Part shown: in pieces, positions 9,590 through 18,132 of the stretch | Numbering within the stretch: the stretch's first letter is position 1 | How the letters are laid out: each line of letters opens with the position of its first letter | NCBI GenBank assembly: GCA_001788295.1 | Contig: MGBO01000021.1 | Span: 13,906 to 66,410, forward strand | Length of the DNA: 52,505 nt | Direction: 5' to 3' | Origin: Candidatus Roizmanbacteria bacterium RIFOXYC1_FULL_41_16 | GTDB taxonomy: Bacteria > Patescibacteriota > Microgenomatia > UBA1406 | Program-made: the position numbers and the translations under genes | The notes under the pieces: generated by a model | What the model saw: the letters and a program-made list of their open reading frames with translations, nothing else | Database searches by the model: none | Told to the model about the DNA's origin: nothing

Positions 9590-10951
9590 TTATAACAGTT
9601 TATAAAATTCGTCTTTGATTTGCAGCCGCTTTTTTTCCCAAACCGGTTCGCGGCGACAAAGTCGGGCAGTATCTTGAGGATCGGCCAAAAGCAGTTCGGC
9701 AATAATTTCAAAGTGCAGAGTATTCTGAGAGGCTTTCAAAAGAACTACGTCACCTGGTCTAAGAAGGCGCTCCTTAATAAACAAACCGGCTTGATAGGTG
9801 TTTTGAAAATGATGAAGAGCGGTTTCTTCGTACTTTTTCTGTAATATTGGGTAAGCGTGTTGTAGCATTTCCGGACCCACTAAAACTACCTGGTCAAATT
9901 TCAGTCTTAAAATTTCCTTAGCTAGATTCTGATGTTGCTTCTCGCTTTCCATTCCGAGTTCGCGCATATCGCCCAAAACCGCAATCTTGCGCTTGCCTGG
10001 ATATTCATCCAAAACCTCCATTAAGGATTTGGTCGCGTAAAAACTCGAATTATAGCTGGAGTCAATAATTTTGGTACCATTAAGTCCTTCCAGAATTGAA
10101 CAAATACCAGGATTAAATTGATATGTCGATAACGCTTCATTAAAATCGCGATCCGAGACCTTGAGCAACTTAGCCAAAATGTAACCAGCCAACAAAGTAT
10201 AGCCAAAATTTTTAGGGGCAATAAAAGGCAACTCGATTTCCGGCTTTTCCTTGTCCATCTTCAGTTTGAATGTTGTTCGTTTGCGGAAAATTTGCCAGCT
10301 GCCAAAAGAGTAATTACCCTGTCGTTGCTTAAGATCATATCGGTTGAAACGATAACCTCGCAAAGACTCTGTAATAAATTTTGAGTCGGCGTTTACCATA
10401 CCCACGAGCTTCTTACTGGTCCCAAACATTTTGGCAAACTCAGCCGCCACAGCCGAAGCTGGATTTTGATATTTCCCCAACTTTACCAGTTTGTCAAAGT
10501 TGGCAGTGTGAGTAGCATAAGAGCTTACCCAAAAAACATACTCAGGTTTTATAAATGAAGCAAAAAAAGCCATTTCTCCAATCCGATCAACGTCCAATTC
10601 AACCACATAGTACTGTTCTTTAAAAGTAAACAAGCACCGAAACACCGAATAAAATGGCACCTTTAGGGCTTGCCAAAACCATTCTTCTACCGAGTAATTA
10701 GTAATATGAATATCAAGGACGTCCAAAGGAATGGCAAAGGCACTGTTAGCCTTACGACTTTTGCGACATGAGTATTTCTTGGTAATAATTTGATGAAACA
10801 AATTATGAGCATTGCTTTTGCCGGCAGAACCCATCACCACCACAATCTGTGGGTGCCAACGTTTCAAGACAAGACTGGCAAAAAAACGAAAATATCTGGC
10901 GATCGGGAAATACAACTTCTTGGCAAGCCATAGATAAAGTCTATGTTTCAT
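9590..10951 (-). CDS. murF: Mur ligase, MurF-like (UDP-MurNAc-tripeptide--D-Ala-D-Ala ligase)
   Basis: P-loop GSAGKS, VVELDVDRIGEM, IIDSSYNSS, RKIAVLGDMRELG, DVVLLKAS; lacks the usual N-terminal Mur domain. Confidence 0.75.
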   Translation of the reverse strand: MKHRLYLWLAKKLYFPIARYFRFFASLVLKRWHPQIVVVMGSAGKSNAHNLFHQIITKKYSCRKSRKANSAFAIPLDVLDIHITNYSVEEWFWQALKVPFYSVFRCLFTFKEQYYVVELDVDRIGEMAFFASFIKPEYVFWVSSYATHTANFDKLVKLGKYQNPASAVAAEFAKMFGTSKKLVGMVNADSKFITESLRGYRFNRYDLKQRQGNYSFGSWQIFRKRTTFKLKMDKEKPEIELPFIAPKNFGYTLLAGYILAKLLKVSDRDFNEALSTYQFNPGICSILEGLNGTKIIDSSYNSSFYATKSLMEVLDEYPGKRKIAVLGDMRELGMESEKQHQNLAKEILRLKFDQVVLVGPEMLQHAYPILQKKYEETALHHFQNTYQAGLFIKERLLRPGDVVLLKASQNTLHFEIIAELLLADPQDTARLCRREPVWEKKRLQIKDEFYKLL

Positions 10952-10957
10952 AAGCTA

Positions 10958-10987
10958 ATTATAGCAAACTGAATAATTGCTTAGCAA
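10958..10987 (-). promoter_or_regulatory. Promoter of the murF-like operon
   Basis: Minus strand TTGCTA-18 nt-TATAAT (TGC extended); ATG 6 nt downstream. Confidence 0.65.
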
Positions 10988-11004
10988 CAATCCAAACCTA
11001 ATTT

Positions 11005-11057
11005 TTGGCAAACAAACGGCAAGAGTGCTAATAGCAGACAGTGCTTTTGTCTGCTAA
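11005..11057. promoter_or_regulatory. Two abutting CIRCE-like (HrcA operator) inverted repeats
   Basis: TTGGCAAAC-N9-GAGTGCTAA (11005-11031) and ATAGCAGAC-N9-GTCTGCTAA (11031-11057), against consensus TTAGCACTC-N9-GAGTGCTAA. Confidence 0.5.
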
Positions 11058-11097
11058 ATATTACCTTGAAATCAAAGGGTTGTTGCAACAGTCCAAA

Positions 11098-12816
11098 TCA
11101 ATCACGAAAAAGCTTTATAAAAGTCTCTTTGGGGATAGAGACTGTTCCAACTTGCTTTAAGTCACTCTTTCCCTTTTTTTGTTTTTTGAGTAATTTGTCC
11201 TTCCTGGTTCGGTCACCGCCGTAAAGTTTGGCAGTGACGTCTTTCCTAAACGGAGCCACTCGACTACTGGCAATTATCTTGTTTTGAAATCGAGCTTGAA
11301 TTTTAATTTCAAATTGTTGACGAGGTATTAATTTTTGCAATTTGGTGACATATTTTTGCGCCACAAAAAAGGCCTTATTTTTGACCACGATTTGAGAGAA
11401 CTCATCAATCGGCTTAAGGTTGATCAAAATTTCCAGCTTGCTGGCTTCTACATATCGATATTCCAAGAACTCCCAATCAAGGCTGCCGTACCCAGAGGTA
11501 GCACTTTTGAGAGTATCAAAAAAATTATTCCCCATTAATTCGGCCAGCGGAATTTCAAGCCCCAAAACCAATTGGTTTTGCAGATTTAAATTGGTGGTTG
11601 TCAAAATTCTGGCACGATATTCATAGCTCAATTGCATAACGGCGTTGATGTAATCCTGAGGAATAATGACCGTGGCCTTGGCAATCGGTTCGTAAAACTG
11701 TTGATCACGGATTTGAAACTCAACCTGTGCCGGAGTAATCACCAAATCCAAATTGTGCTCCTGTTCGAGTCTTTCTCTAATAATTTCGGCATGCAATAAT
11801 CCCAAAAACCCCACTCGTAATCCCGGACCCAGAGCCTGGCTATAAATGCCAACATAATCCAAAGACGAATCGTTGAGCGCCACCTTTTCCATCGCGGCCA
11901 CCAATCTTTCGTAATCAGCATTATCAGTTGGAAAAATAAAAGCATAAACCATTGGCTTGGTTTTGCGATAACCGGGTAAGGCCGGAGCCGGCAGCAATTC
12001 AGTGGTAAAAGTATCGCCCACACGCACCTGCTTGATTGACTTCAGGCCCGTCACAAGATAACCAATCTCGTTTTCCAATAACTTGGATGACGGATCCAAT
12101 TCTGGGGTAAAATAACCGACTTCACCGGAGACAAAATTTTGCGAACTGCCAATTAGTTTCAGCCGCTGACCCTTTTGTAAAGAGCCGCCAAAAACCCTAA
12201 CAAAAGCAATCACACCACGGTGAGGATCATAATAAGAATCAAAAATCAGAGCTTGAGTGACAGTCGAGTCAACTTCTGCGCTTTTGGGAGCCGGAATTTT
12301 CTCAATCACTGCTTTTAACAAAGCTTCACAGTTTTGCCCGGTTTTTGCCGAAATAGACAACACTTCAGATTCGTCGATTTTCAAAAAACTAGCCAAGTCA
12401 GCTCTGACTTTTTCCACCTGAGCCTCAGACCGATCAATTTTGTTCAAAACCGGAATGACAACCAAATTTTGTTCCAAAGCTTTATAGGTGTGGGCAATTG
12501 TTTGAGCCTGAATACCCTGAGTAGCGTCGACCAACAAAATAACACCCTCGACACAAGCCAAAGTGCGCTCGACTTCATAAGAAAAATCCACATGGCCTGG
12601 AGTATCCACCAAATTGAGAGTGTAGCCCTGATATTGGAGCCGGACAGGGGCAAGCTTAATAGTGATACCACGCTCTCGAGAAATCGGATTGCGGTCCAGA
12701 AGCTGCTCATCATGATTGTTCTTGTCAATCAAACCGGTAATTTCCATTAATCGATCAGCCAAAGTACTTTTTCCATGATCAATGTGAGCAATAATGGCAA
12801 AGTTTCTGATTTTCAT
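11098..12816 (-). CDS. lepA: Elongation factor 4 (LepA)
   Basis: IRNFAIIAHIDHGKSTLADR, RERGITIK, DTPGHVDF, NKID, GFLGLLH, RKDVTAKLYGGD.TRK.KLL.KQKKGK. Confidence 0.97.
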   Translation of the reverse strand: MKIRNFAIIAHIDHGKSTLADRLMEITGLIDKNNHDEQLLDRNPISRERGITIKLAPVRLQYQGYTLNLVDTPGHVDFSYEVERTLACVEGVILLVDATQGIQAQTIAHTYKALEQNLVVIPVLNKIDRSEAQVEKVRADLASFLKIDESEVLSISAKTGQNCEALLKAVIEKIPAPKSAEVDSTVTQALIFDSYYDPHRGVIAFVRVFGGSLQKGQRLKLIGSSQNFVSGEVGYFTPELDPSSKLLENEIGYLVTGLKSIKQVRVGDTFTTELLPAPALPGYRKTKPMVYAFIFPTDNADYERLVAAMEKVALNDSSLDYVGIYSQALGPGLRVGFLGLLHAEIIRERLEQEHNLDLVITPAQVEFQIRDQQFYEPIAKATVIIPQDYINAVMQLSYEYRARILTTTNLNLQNQLVLGLEIPLAELMGNNFFDTLKSATSGYGSLDWEFLEYRYVEASKLEILINLKPIDEFSQIVVKNKAFFVAQKYVTKLQKLIPRQQFEIKIQARFQNKIIASSRVAPFRKDVTAKLYGGDRTRKDKLLKKQKKGKSDLKQVGTVSIPKETFIKLFRD

Positions 12817-12823
12817 CTCTTGT

Positions 12824-12832
12824 AGTATAGCA
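12824..12832 (-). promoter_or_regulatory. Extended -10 (TGCTATACT) for lepA
   Basis: TGCTATACT-acaagag-ATG on the minus strand. Confidence 0.6.
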
Positions 12833-12846
12833 TCTTGAGCAGGCTG

Positions 12847-14283
12847 TTAGTCGATTACTACAATCTTCACCGTGGAGCTGCCTCCTTCCACGGCCCAGTA
12901 ATCGCCATGAATAACAATGAATTTGTCGCCGCTTGCCGCCAGTTGTTGGTCAGCCAAAAATTTGATCACGGCGCGCACATGGCCGCCAGTGACTTCCTTG
13001 GTCTTCTCATAGCCAGAGTCCTGGACAAAGGAAAGCACACCATAATTAAGACTGAGTTTGTCCGCAACAGCTTTAGATGGACAAAACGCATATAAGGGCA
13101 CGCCGGCACGGTAACGAGATAATAAATTAACAGTTCGTCCGGTTTGAGTTAAGACAATAAAACCCTTGACGTTCAAATGGGCCTGACTGGCTTTAAGATA
13201 CAAATTATAAGCCGTGTCTGCCACCAGATTTTCCTGATGATTGATGGCAAAATTATATTGTAAGCGAAGATCGGCCTGAGTGTAGCGCTCAGTATAACTG
13301 AGGGTTTTCGCCATATATTTGACAGCGGCCAAAGGATGTTTTCCAGAGGCGCTTTCGGCCGAAAGCATCACCGCGTCGGTCCGGTCGTAAACGGCGTTAG
13401 CAACGTCAGATACCTCGGCCCGAGTGGGCAGGGGATTGTTGATCATGCTTTCAAGCATCTGGGTTGCCGTAATCACCGGTTTACCTGCCTCCAAGCACTT
13501 ACGAATCAATAACTTCTGATAATAAGGGACCTTTTCCAAAGCCAGCTCAATACCCAAATCACCTCTGGCCACCATTACCGCATCGCTCACATCAATAATT
13601 TCGTCCAAATTTTCCAAGCTATTTTTGGTTTCAATCTTGGCAATAATTTTGGCTTTAATTTTGAGTTTGTCCATCTCTTTACGCAACAGGGTAATGTCGT
13701 CGTGAGTTCGCACAAAAGAAAGAGCGACAAAATCAATTTCTTCCTTAAGTGCCAGCTGCAAGCCCTCGAAATCCCGTTCAATTAAAACCGGAAACGGAAA
13801 ATCGGCTCCGGGAATATTTAAGGACTTGTTGTTTTTCAAAACCCCTGGAGTTTGTACGATCAAATAGGCTTTGTCTTGTTCTCTTAAAAACTTAAAGCTA
13901 AAATAGCCGTCATCCGCATACAAAATTTGGCCATTTTTAAGATGGGAAATAATACTAGGGTGAGAAATAGAAAATCCCGGCTCTTTACCCAAGAAAGCCC
14001 TTTCGCCAAAAGCCAACTTCTGATTCTGTGTTAATTCCAGTTGGTCAAAAGTCATCTTGATTCTGATTTCCGGCCCTTGCAGATCAATAAGTGTCCCAAT
14101 GTTGACTTTCATTCTGTTGGCAATGTCGTTCACGCGTCGAATTCGGTCTTGATGCCAATCAACGGTGTTATGCTTAAAGTTAAAACGAAAAACATTGACG
14201 CCGGATTCAATCAGCTGCTTAATCATTTCCGGCTCATCAGAAGCCGGACCAATCGTCGCTACAATTTTCGTCAGTTTCAACAT
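12847..14283 (-). CDS. pyk: Pyruvate kinase
   Basis: TKIVATIGPAS, DLQGPEIR, IIAKIE, VMVARGDLG, ITATQMLESM, PTRAEVSDVANAV.D.TDAVMLS.ESA.G. Confidence 0.97.
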   Translation of the reverse strand: MLKLTKIVATIGPASDEPEMIKQLIESGVNVFRFNFKHNTVDWHQDRIRRVNDIANRMKVNIGTLIDLQGPEIRIKMTFDQLELTQNQKLAFGERAFLGKEPGFSISHPSIISHLKNGQILYADDGYFSFKFLREQDKAYLIVQTPGVLKNNKSLNIPGADFPFPVLIERDFEGLQLALKEEIDFVALSFVRTHDDITLLRKEMDKLKIKAKIIAKIETKNSLENLDEIIDVSDAVMVARGDLGIELALEKVPYYQKLLIRKCLEAGKPVITATQMLESMINNPLPTRAEVSDVANAVYDRTDAVMLSAESASGKHPLAAVKYMAKTLSYTERYTQADLRLQYNFAINHQENLVADTAYNLYLKASQAHLNVKGFIVLTQTGRTVNLLSRYRAGVPLYAFCPSKAVADKLSLNYGVLSFVQDSGYEKTKEVTGGHVRAVIKFLADQQLAASGDKFIVIHGDYWAVEGGSSTVKIVVID

Positions 14284-14350
14284 ACTTTCATTCTATAAAC
14301 ATTGACGGCAAAAAGCCAACGGCGTTATGAAGATATGATAAGATATCACT
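14284..14350. promoter_or_regulatory. Divergent promoter region pyk / Crp-Fnr gene
   Basis: Minus strand TAGAAT (14290-14295) 6 nt before the pyk ATG; plus strand TGATAAGAT (14336-14344) 6 nt before the regulator ATG. Confidence 0.55.
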
Positions 14351-15001
14351 ATGCCAGAAGAACAAACTGATGTTAGTCAATTCTTTAGTCGCTACCAGTC
14401 CAAAAAATTCAAGCGTGGTGAAGTCATTCTCAATCCCTGTGCCAAAATCAGTCAGATTTTTTATTTAGAGAGTGGTTTTGTTAAGCAATATTTGCTTACC
14501 AAAGACGGTCGCGTTAAAGCGGTCAATATTTACAAGCCTGGTTCTTACTTTCCTATTATTATGGCTTTGGCAAGAGCGGAGAATCGCTATTTTTTTGAAG
14601 CCATCGACGACGTTTCCGTTAATCAAGCTCCGGTTGAGGCAGTGCTTGATCTGATGCGTCAAGAACCCAAAATTACTCTTGATTTGTTCAAGCGCTTTTC
14701 AGGCGGTATGGACGGAGTTCTCAATATTATGCAAAGCCTGATGTACGAAGCCAGTCAGAAAAAACTGGCCGCTTTTTTACTGATGCTGTGTCAACGTTTT
14801 GGCAAGCGCCGCGGTAATTACGTCAAAATCACTATTCCGCTCACTCATCAGGATCTGGCCAGTTTTACCGGCATGATCCGCGAAACCATCAGTTTTGAAA
14901 TGAAAAAGCTGCAGGAGAAGGGGATTGTTGTTAAAAATAATAGCCGGAAGGCCATTGAGATAAAGAATCTTATTGGCCTACAAAATATTGTTCTATCGTG
15001 A
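14351..15001 (+). CDS. Crp/Fnr family transcriptional regulator
   Basis: cNMP-binding-like N-domain (FKRGEVIL, IFYLESGFVK) and C-terminal HTH PLTHQDLASFTGMIRETIS. Confidence 0.9.
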   Translation: MPEEQTDVSQFFSRYQSKKFKRGEVILNPCAKISQIFYLESGFVKQYLLTKDGRVKAVNIYKPGSYFPIIMALARAENRYFFEAIDDVSVNQAPVEAVLDLMRQEPKITLDLFKRFSGGMDGVLNIMQSLMYEASQKKLAAFLLMLCQRFGKRRGNYVKITIPLTHQDLASFTGMIRETISFEMKKLQEKGIVVKNNSRKAIEIKNLIGLQNIVLS

Positions 15002-16269
15002 TAAAACTTTTAAACAAACTTTTAAGAAATGTGTACGTTCAGGGTAGTTTTTTTTTAACTGTTTCATCTTTGCTGATTAATTTCATCAATTATCTATTTC
15101 ATTTTTTAGCGGCCCGAATTCTCAAACCGGCTGGATATGGTAATTTGGCGGCCTTTTATTCGTATGCTATTATTTGCTCTGTTCCAATATTAGTCTTTAC
15201 AGTTATTATTGTTCAAAGAATCGGCTCTCACGTTAAAAACAGTCGTCAATATACCAGAACCATTGTAATACGATTTCTATTAATTCTTAAAAAGATTCTG
15301 CCGATTCTATTTCTTCTTTTCTTATTAACTCCTCTTTTGTCCTCGTATACAAATTTACCGGTTGAAATTACTTACTTGATATTTCCCTCAATATTGTTAA
15401 GTTCAGTTTTGGGTTTTTACTTAGCTGTTTTCCAAGGACTTAAAATTTTTTTACTTTTTTCTATTCTTTCTTTAATTTTGGCTTTATCCAAATTACTAAG
15501 TATCTTTTTGCCATTGTTTTATCTCGGTCAACTTTTTCACGTCTTATTGTTTCAAACAACAGGGATTGCGTTTGTTCTATTAATTTCGGCATTTTACACA
15601 AATAAATTCCTAAAACTCACCGATACTGAGTTGTCAAAAAGTAGCCGGACAAATTTGGACAAAATTATTTTTAATCGCCAATTTTTCATTACTTTAATGT
15701 CAATGATGGCAATTGTGATAATCAGCAATTACGATATTATCTATGTGAAGCGAAATTTTGAGGCCAATGTTGCCGGATTCTACAGTGCCTGGTCTATTTT
15801 CGGCAAAATTACTTATTACCTAGTTGGGCCAGTCCTTCAGGTTGTTTTGGTTTTCTTTTCCAATCGTTCTCAGTCTAAGTCACAGGAAAAAGTATTATAT
15901 TTTTCAGGCGCTCTAATTGTTCTTGTCGGCATCTTCACTTATTTTAGCTACAAATTTATTGGTGAACGATTTGTTTTGATTTTGTTTGGGAATCAATATC
16001 AAAGTATTTATGCCTACCTTGGCTATGCATCATTATACGGTATCACTTACAGCTGTTTAAACTTGATGAATACTTACTTTTTGGCTAAGAATAGTCTCTC
16101 TGCCTTAATATTACCAGTGGCTTTACCGGCTTATCTTTTTCTGATTACCCAGGTAAAAGACAGTCTTCAAAATATTATGCATCTCAACATTTACTTCTCC
16201 GCGTCTGTTTTTTTGCTTTATACTTGTTCACATATATATTCCAGAATAAAAACCAACAATGGCAGATGA
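14998..16269 (+). CDS. Wzx-like oligosaccharide flippase (MOP superfamily)
   Basis: About 12 hydrophobic segments, ARILKPAGYG, D..YVK..F....AGFYSA; GTGA overlap with the regulator stop. Confidence 0.8.
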   Translation: MIKLLNKLLRNVYVQGSFFLTVSSLLINFINYLFHFLAARILKPAGYGNLAAFYSYAIICSVPILVFTVIIVQRIGSHVKNSRQYTRTIVIRFLLILKKILPILFLLFLLTPLLSSYTNLPVEITYLIFPSILLSSVLGFYLAVFQGLKIFLLFSILSLILALSKLLSIFLPLFYLGQLFHVLLFQTTGIAFVLLISAFYTNKFLKLTDTELSKSSRTNLDKIIFNRQFFITLMSMMAIVIISNYDIIYVKRNFEANVAGFYSAWSIFGKITYYLVGPVLQVVLVFFSNRSQSKSQEKVLYFSGALIVLVGIFTYFSYKFIGERFVLILFGNQYQSIYAYLGYASLYGITYSCLNLMNTYFLAKNSLSALILPVALPAYLFLITQVKDSLQNIMHLNIYFSASVFLLYTCSHIYSRIKTNNGR

Positions 16270-17020
16270 TAATTTAGATCACTTTTTGAGCCTGATCATT
16301 CCGGTTTACAAGCAAGAGGCAACCATCGTTCGTAATATTCGCGAAATCAAACAGGCATTAGACAAGATTCGTTATCCTTATGAATTAATTGTCGTCATTG
16401 ACGGCCTGATCGACAAATCATATGACAAATTGAAAAAGGCCAAAATTCCAAATGCCAAAATCATTGTTTATAAAAAAAATCATGGCAAGAGTTATGCTAT
16501 CAGAGCCGGAATGAACAAAGCCAAAGGGGATTATGTGATGTTTATTGATTCCGGAATGGAAATCGATCCTAACGGTATCTCCATGCTTCTGGAGCATATG
16601 GAATGGTACAACGCCGATATTATTGTTGGTTCCAAAAGACACCCGGCTTCACTGATAAATTACTCACGCTCCAGAAGGATTTTGAGTTTTGGTTATTATT
16701 ATTTAGTCAGGTTATTATTTGGCGTCAATGTTCGAGACACTCAAGCCGGTATTAAAATTTTTAAAAAAGAATTAATAAAGAAAGTACTGCCTCGTTTAGT
16801 TGAGAAAAGATTTGCCGGCGATCTAGAAATATTGGTCGTTGCCAAAACACTCGGTTATCACCGAATTTTTGAAGCCCCAATTAAACTGGATTATAAGCTG
16901 GGAAAAATTACATCAGCAGCCAATCTGACAGCGATCTGGAAAATTTTATTTGATACACTGGCAATTTTTTACCGGTCGCGAATTCTCAAATCCTATAATC
17001 AATCCTTAAAGAATAAATGA
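16259..17020 (+). CDS. GT2 glycosyltransferase, polyprenol-phosphate glycosyltransferase (DPM/DPG synthase)-like
   Basis: SLIIPVY, NHGKSYAIRAG, ADIIVGSK, DTQAGIKIF, FAGDLEIL. Confidence 0.85.
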   Translation: MADDNLDHFLSLIIPVYKQEATIVRNIREIKQALDKIRYPYELIVVIDGLIDKSYDKLKKAKIPNAKIIVYKKNHGKSYAIRAGMNKAKGDYVMFIDSGMEIDPNGISMLLEHMEWYNADIIVGSKRHPASLINYSRSRRILSFGYYYLVRLLFGVNVRDTQAGIKIFKKELIKKVLPRLVEKRFAGDLEILVVAKTLGYHRIFEAPIKLDYKLGKITSAANLTAIWKILFDTLAIFYRSRILKSYNQSLKNK

Positions 17021-18132
17021 ACATCTTGTGGTTTACCTGGAAGGACCAAAAGAATCCTGATGCCGGAGGTGCAGAATTTATTAATGAGGGCTTGGCCTCA
17101 AGGCTGGCAAAAAACGGTCACCACGTTAAATTTATCGTCGCTAATTTTAAAGGGGGCTCAAGTCACGAGCAGCTAAGAGGTTATGAAATCAATCGAGTCG
17201 GTAACCGATACACCGTATATTTTGAGGCCTTTCGTTATTTTAAAAAACATCTCCAACAATGGCCTGATGTGATCATTGAAGAAATTAATACCATGCCGTT
17301 TATGACACAATTATATTCCAGATCAAAGCGATTATTGTTTATTCATCAGCTTTGTCGTGAAATTTGGTTCTATCAGTTCCCGTTTCTATTAGCCATAATT
17401 GGCTATTTTCTCGAGCCACTTTACCTCAAACTACTTAGTAGTAATAAGGTAGTTACAGTATCCCAGAGCAGTGCCACCGATCTAGTCAAATACGGTTTTA
17501 AGAAGAGCAATATCACCATTATTCCTGAGTTTGTCGATCTAAGACCGATACCAAACCTTTCAGCAACAAAGAAGTTCACTGAGTTTACTCTGCTGTCGTT
17601 AGGCTCAATAAGGCCAATGAAAAGAACCCATCATCAAATTAAAGCCTTTGAGTTGGCTAAAGAACATATTCCCAAACTTAAGTTAAAAATCGTCGGCAGA
17701 GTCTCTGGTATTTACGGCAAGAAAATATTAAAGATGATCAAGCATAGCAAGTATTCACAAGACATTGAATATATTGGTAAGGCAAGTCAACAAAAGAAAC
17801 AGGAATTATTAAAAAAAAGTCATCTATTACTGGCTACATCTGTCAAAGAGGGTTGGGGATTGACTATCACTGAGGCCGCTACCCAAGGGACGCCGGCAAT
17901 TGCTTATAATGTAGACGGCCTGCGCGATAGTATTATCAATAATAGGACCGGCCTATTAGTTAAGGAGTCCAATCCAACAAGCTTAAGTCAACTTATTCTT
18001 AAACTTTATCAAAATGAAGATCTTTATCAGAGGCTGCAAACCGCAGCCTGGGAAACAAGTGTCAAATACACATTACAATCTTCTTACAAAGAATTTATTA
18101 AAAGATTATATAATCATACACCATGGCAGTGA
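17017..18132 (+). CDS. GT4 glycosyltransferase
   Basis: NPDAGGAE and the EX7E motif KEGWGLTITEAATQGTP; VDGLRDSI. Confidence 0.9.
   Translation: MNILWFTWKDQKNPDAGGAEFINEGLASRLAKNGHHVKFIVANFKGGSSHEQLRGYEINRVGNRYTVYFEAFRYFKKHLQQWPDVIIEEINTMPFMTQLYSRSKRLLFIHQLCREIWFYQFPFLLAIIGYFLEPLYLKLLSSNKVVTVSQSSATDLVKYGFKKSNITIIPEFVDLRPIPNLSATKKFTEFTLLSLGSIRPMKRTHHQIKAFELAKEHIPKLKLKIVGRVSGIYGKKILKMIKHSKYSQDIEYIGKASQQKKQELLKKSHLLLATSVKEGWGLTITEAATQGTPAIAYNVDGLRDSIINNRTGLLVKESNPTSLSQLILKLYQNEDLYQRLQTAAWETSVKYTLQSSYKEFIKRLYNHTPWQ

Noticed and set aside
11032-11056. TAGCAGACA-N7-TGTCTGCTA as an intrinsic terminator of lepA
   Set aside because: No U-tract on either strand and the geometry matches CIRCE; not called a terminator, though not fully excluded.
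14325-14350. Canonical CRP or FNR box before the regulator
   Set aside because: Best match TGA-taagata-TCA has a 7-nt spacer rather than the canonical 6; not supportable as a CRP/FNR site.
15048-15056. T9 tract near the 5' end of the flippase (and other A/T 8-9-mers) as phase-variation sites
   Set aside because: Similar runs occur in many genes, including the SerA-like gene, in this AT-rich DNA; all frames are intact and there are no long G/C tracts.
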